A stretch of 8,555 nucleotides of DNA from Octopus sinensis (Eukaryota): the NCBI RefSeq assembly GCF_006345805.1, contig NW_021828425.1, positions 1 through 8,555 of the forward strand, read 5' to 3'. The position numbers were made by a program, and so were the translations under genes. The notes beneath the pieces were generated by a model. The model was not told the origin of the DNA. It was given only the letters and a program-made list of their open reading frames with translations, and searched no databases. Below are positions 7,253 to 8,555 of this stretch, piece after piece (positions within the stretch are counted from its first letter, which is position 1; each line of letters starts with the position of its first letter).

Positions 7253-8516
7253 ATTCTTTGTGACACTTCAACTGGATCTCCCAGGCCACTGGTACCTGAG
7301 ACCCATCAACGCTCAGTGTTTGAAGCACTGCACTCCTTATCACATCCTGGCATCGCTGCCACCCTCAAACTAATCACTGCTCGGTTTTTCGGCGAATAAT
7401 GCGTCGCACAATTACTTGTTGGACACGCACCTGCTCCAAGTGTCAACGATCCAAGATTCAACGGCACGTTCGTGCCCCGCTTGGACAATTTCCCCCCCGG
7501 AGGCCCGTTTTCGCCATGTCCACATCGATCTGGTTGGACCATGGCCTGTGAGTCGCGGTTCTCTTATCTATTAACTTGTGTCGTTTCCTCCGTTTCTCGC
7601 CGGGCCAGAGCCATTCCGATAGCAGACATTTCTGCTGAGACTGTTGCGCGAGCTTTCGTTTCAAACTGGATTTCTCGTTTCGGAGTCCCGTCCCGATTGA
7701 CAACTGATCGTGGACGACAGTTTGAGGCCTCGCTATTTCGCGAATTGTCGCGAATTTTGGGTATGCACCATATCCACACCACAAGCTACCATCCAGCGTC
7801 TAATGGATTGGTTGAGCGGTGTTCCATAGACAGCTCAAGGCCGCTCTTCGTGCCTCTTCGGACCCACAGTCCTGGATCGAAGTTCTGCCCATTGTGCTTC
7901 TCGGCTGTCGGACTGCTGTCAAGGCAGACCTGGGGTTTTCTGCTGCAGAGCTGCTGTATGGTACCACACTGGCATTGCCGGTACGATTTTGGTGCCAGAC
8001 ACTTCCCCGCCCATGATCCGGCGACCTATGTCACCAGACTGCGGGGATTTTTTTCAAACCTTCCGCCCATGCTTCCCAGAAAGCAATCTCCACCGTCCCA
8101 TCTTCCACCGGATATGAACACCTGGTCGCATGTTTTTGTTCGGGACGATTCTGTGAAGGCCCACTTGTTTCTCTCCTATAAGGACCTTTCGTGTGCTTTC
8201 TCGCACACAAAGGTTTTCACGATTGAGATAAATGTCGTTCGGAGACCGTTTTCCGTGGACCGTTTAAAAAAGGCACATTTTGAGACGTCTTCATCTTTTG
8301 ATGACAACCTTGACACACCCACCTATGCACCTTTAACAACACTTTCACCTGCACAAACGCCTTCACCTGCACAAACGCGTCACACCTGCACAAACACCTT
8401 CACCGGCTCCTACAACACCACCCTCGCCGTCAACGGGTGCCCCGAGCACACCGTATGTTACAAAGTCGGGCCGAACAGTGCATTGGCCCAGAAACTTTCA
8501 AAAACATTTAATTTAA
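7253..8516 (+). pseudogene. pol: pol: integrase (HHCC, DD35E, GPY/F-like module, C-terminal tail), many small indels
   Basis: H 7331 and H 7343 (LHSLSHPG), CSKC 7432-7443, HIDLVGP (D 7527), TTDRGRQFE (D 7706), YHPASNGLVER (E 7814, exactly D-x35-E), PYxGPF-RV around 8175-8195, SVDRLKKAH, YVTKSGRTVHWP then TAA at 8514-8516. Reading through needs several frame changes. Confidence 0.93.
8344..8404 (+). repeat. 18-bp coding tandem repeat (~3.3 copies, SPAQTP) in integrase C-terminal tail
   Basis: TTCACCTGCACAAACGCC (8344-8361), TTCACCTGCACAAACGCG (8362-8379), TCACACCTGCACAAACACC (8380-8398), TTCACC. Confidence 0.85.
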
Positions 8517-8555
8517 CTTTAAAATGTTTCTTATTGTATAATAGTATGTACCAAG

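Larger units (their letters stand above)
4016..8516 (+). mobile_element. Ty3/gypsy (Metaviridae) LTR retrotransposon, CsRN1/Kabuki/Boudicca-like; 3' LTR not seen
   Basis: LTR + PBS + gag + pol in the order protease-RT-RNase H-integrase, which is the gypsy order. The Trp-type PBS, CxxPC gag tail, WASPLH and FSKVDLIRAYHQIPV RT motifs fit my recollection of the CsRN1 group; the clade needs an RT phylogeny. Confidence 0.96.

Noticed and set aside
4445-7784. Antisense and alternate-frame ORFs over leader, gag and pol (e.g. 4638..5051-, 4662..5129+, 5866..6255-, 7458..7784-)
   Set aside because: They are shadow ORFs of the retroelement coding region. Only the few codons before 4825 in 4662..5129 may be real gag.
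8493-8520. AACTTTCA...ATTT as a resumption of the foldback element after the retroelement
   Set aside because: The match is only about 8 bp in AT-rich DNA and in the wrong orientation for the predicted right-arm remainder.
8300-8555. env-like or extra ORF after integrase
   Set aside because: There is no ORF, signal peptide or transmembrane segment in the visible sequence.

Overview
Eukaryotic (probably invertebrate metazoan) repetitive DNA with no host gene, in three blocks. (1) 1-2981 is a tandem satellite of 29 full units plus one partial unit, about 100 bp each. Every unit carries a variable (GA)n(GT)m compound microsatellite between two conserved cores; the Cys/Val-rich ORFs here are artefacts. 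(2) 2982-4015 is non-coding. It holds a 3 x 31-bp repeat and an AT-rich foldback/MITE-like element with long inverted arms centred near 3871. (3) 4016-8516 is a + strand Ty3/gypsy LTR retrotransposon resembling the CsRN1/Kabuki/Boudicca group, inserted into the right arm of the foldback element. It has a 5' LTR (TGTA...TACA), a tRNA-Trp-type PBS, an internally deleted gag, a candidate -1 frameshift signal, then protease-RT-RNase H-integrase. The lesions I found in pol are small indels, many in homopolymers, suggesting a young copy in noisy long-read sequence. No PPT or 3' LTR is visible. I found no convincing new biological system. The most interesting items are the frameshift cassette, the dyad-symmetric NRF1/ETS-like cluster in the LTR, the nested insertion and the satellite architecture. 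Family assignments rest on recalled motifs, not database searches.
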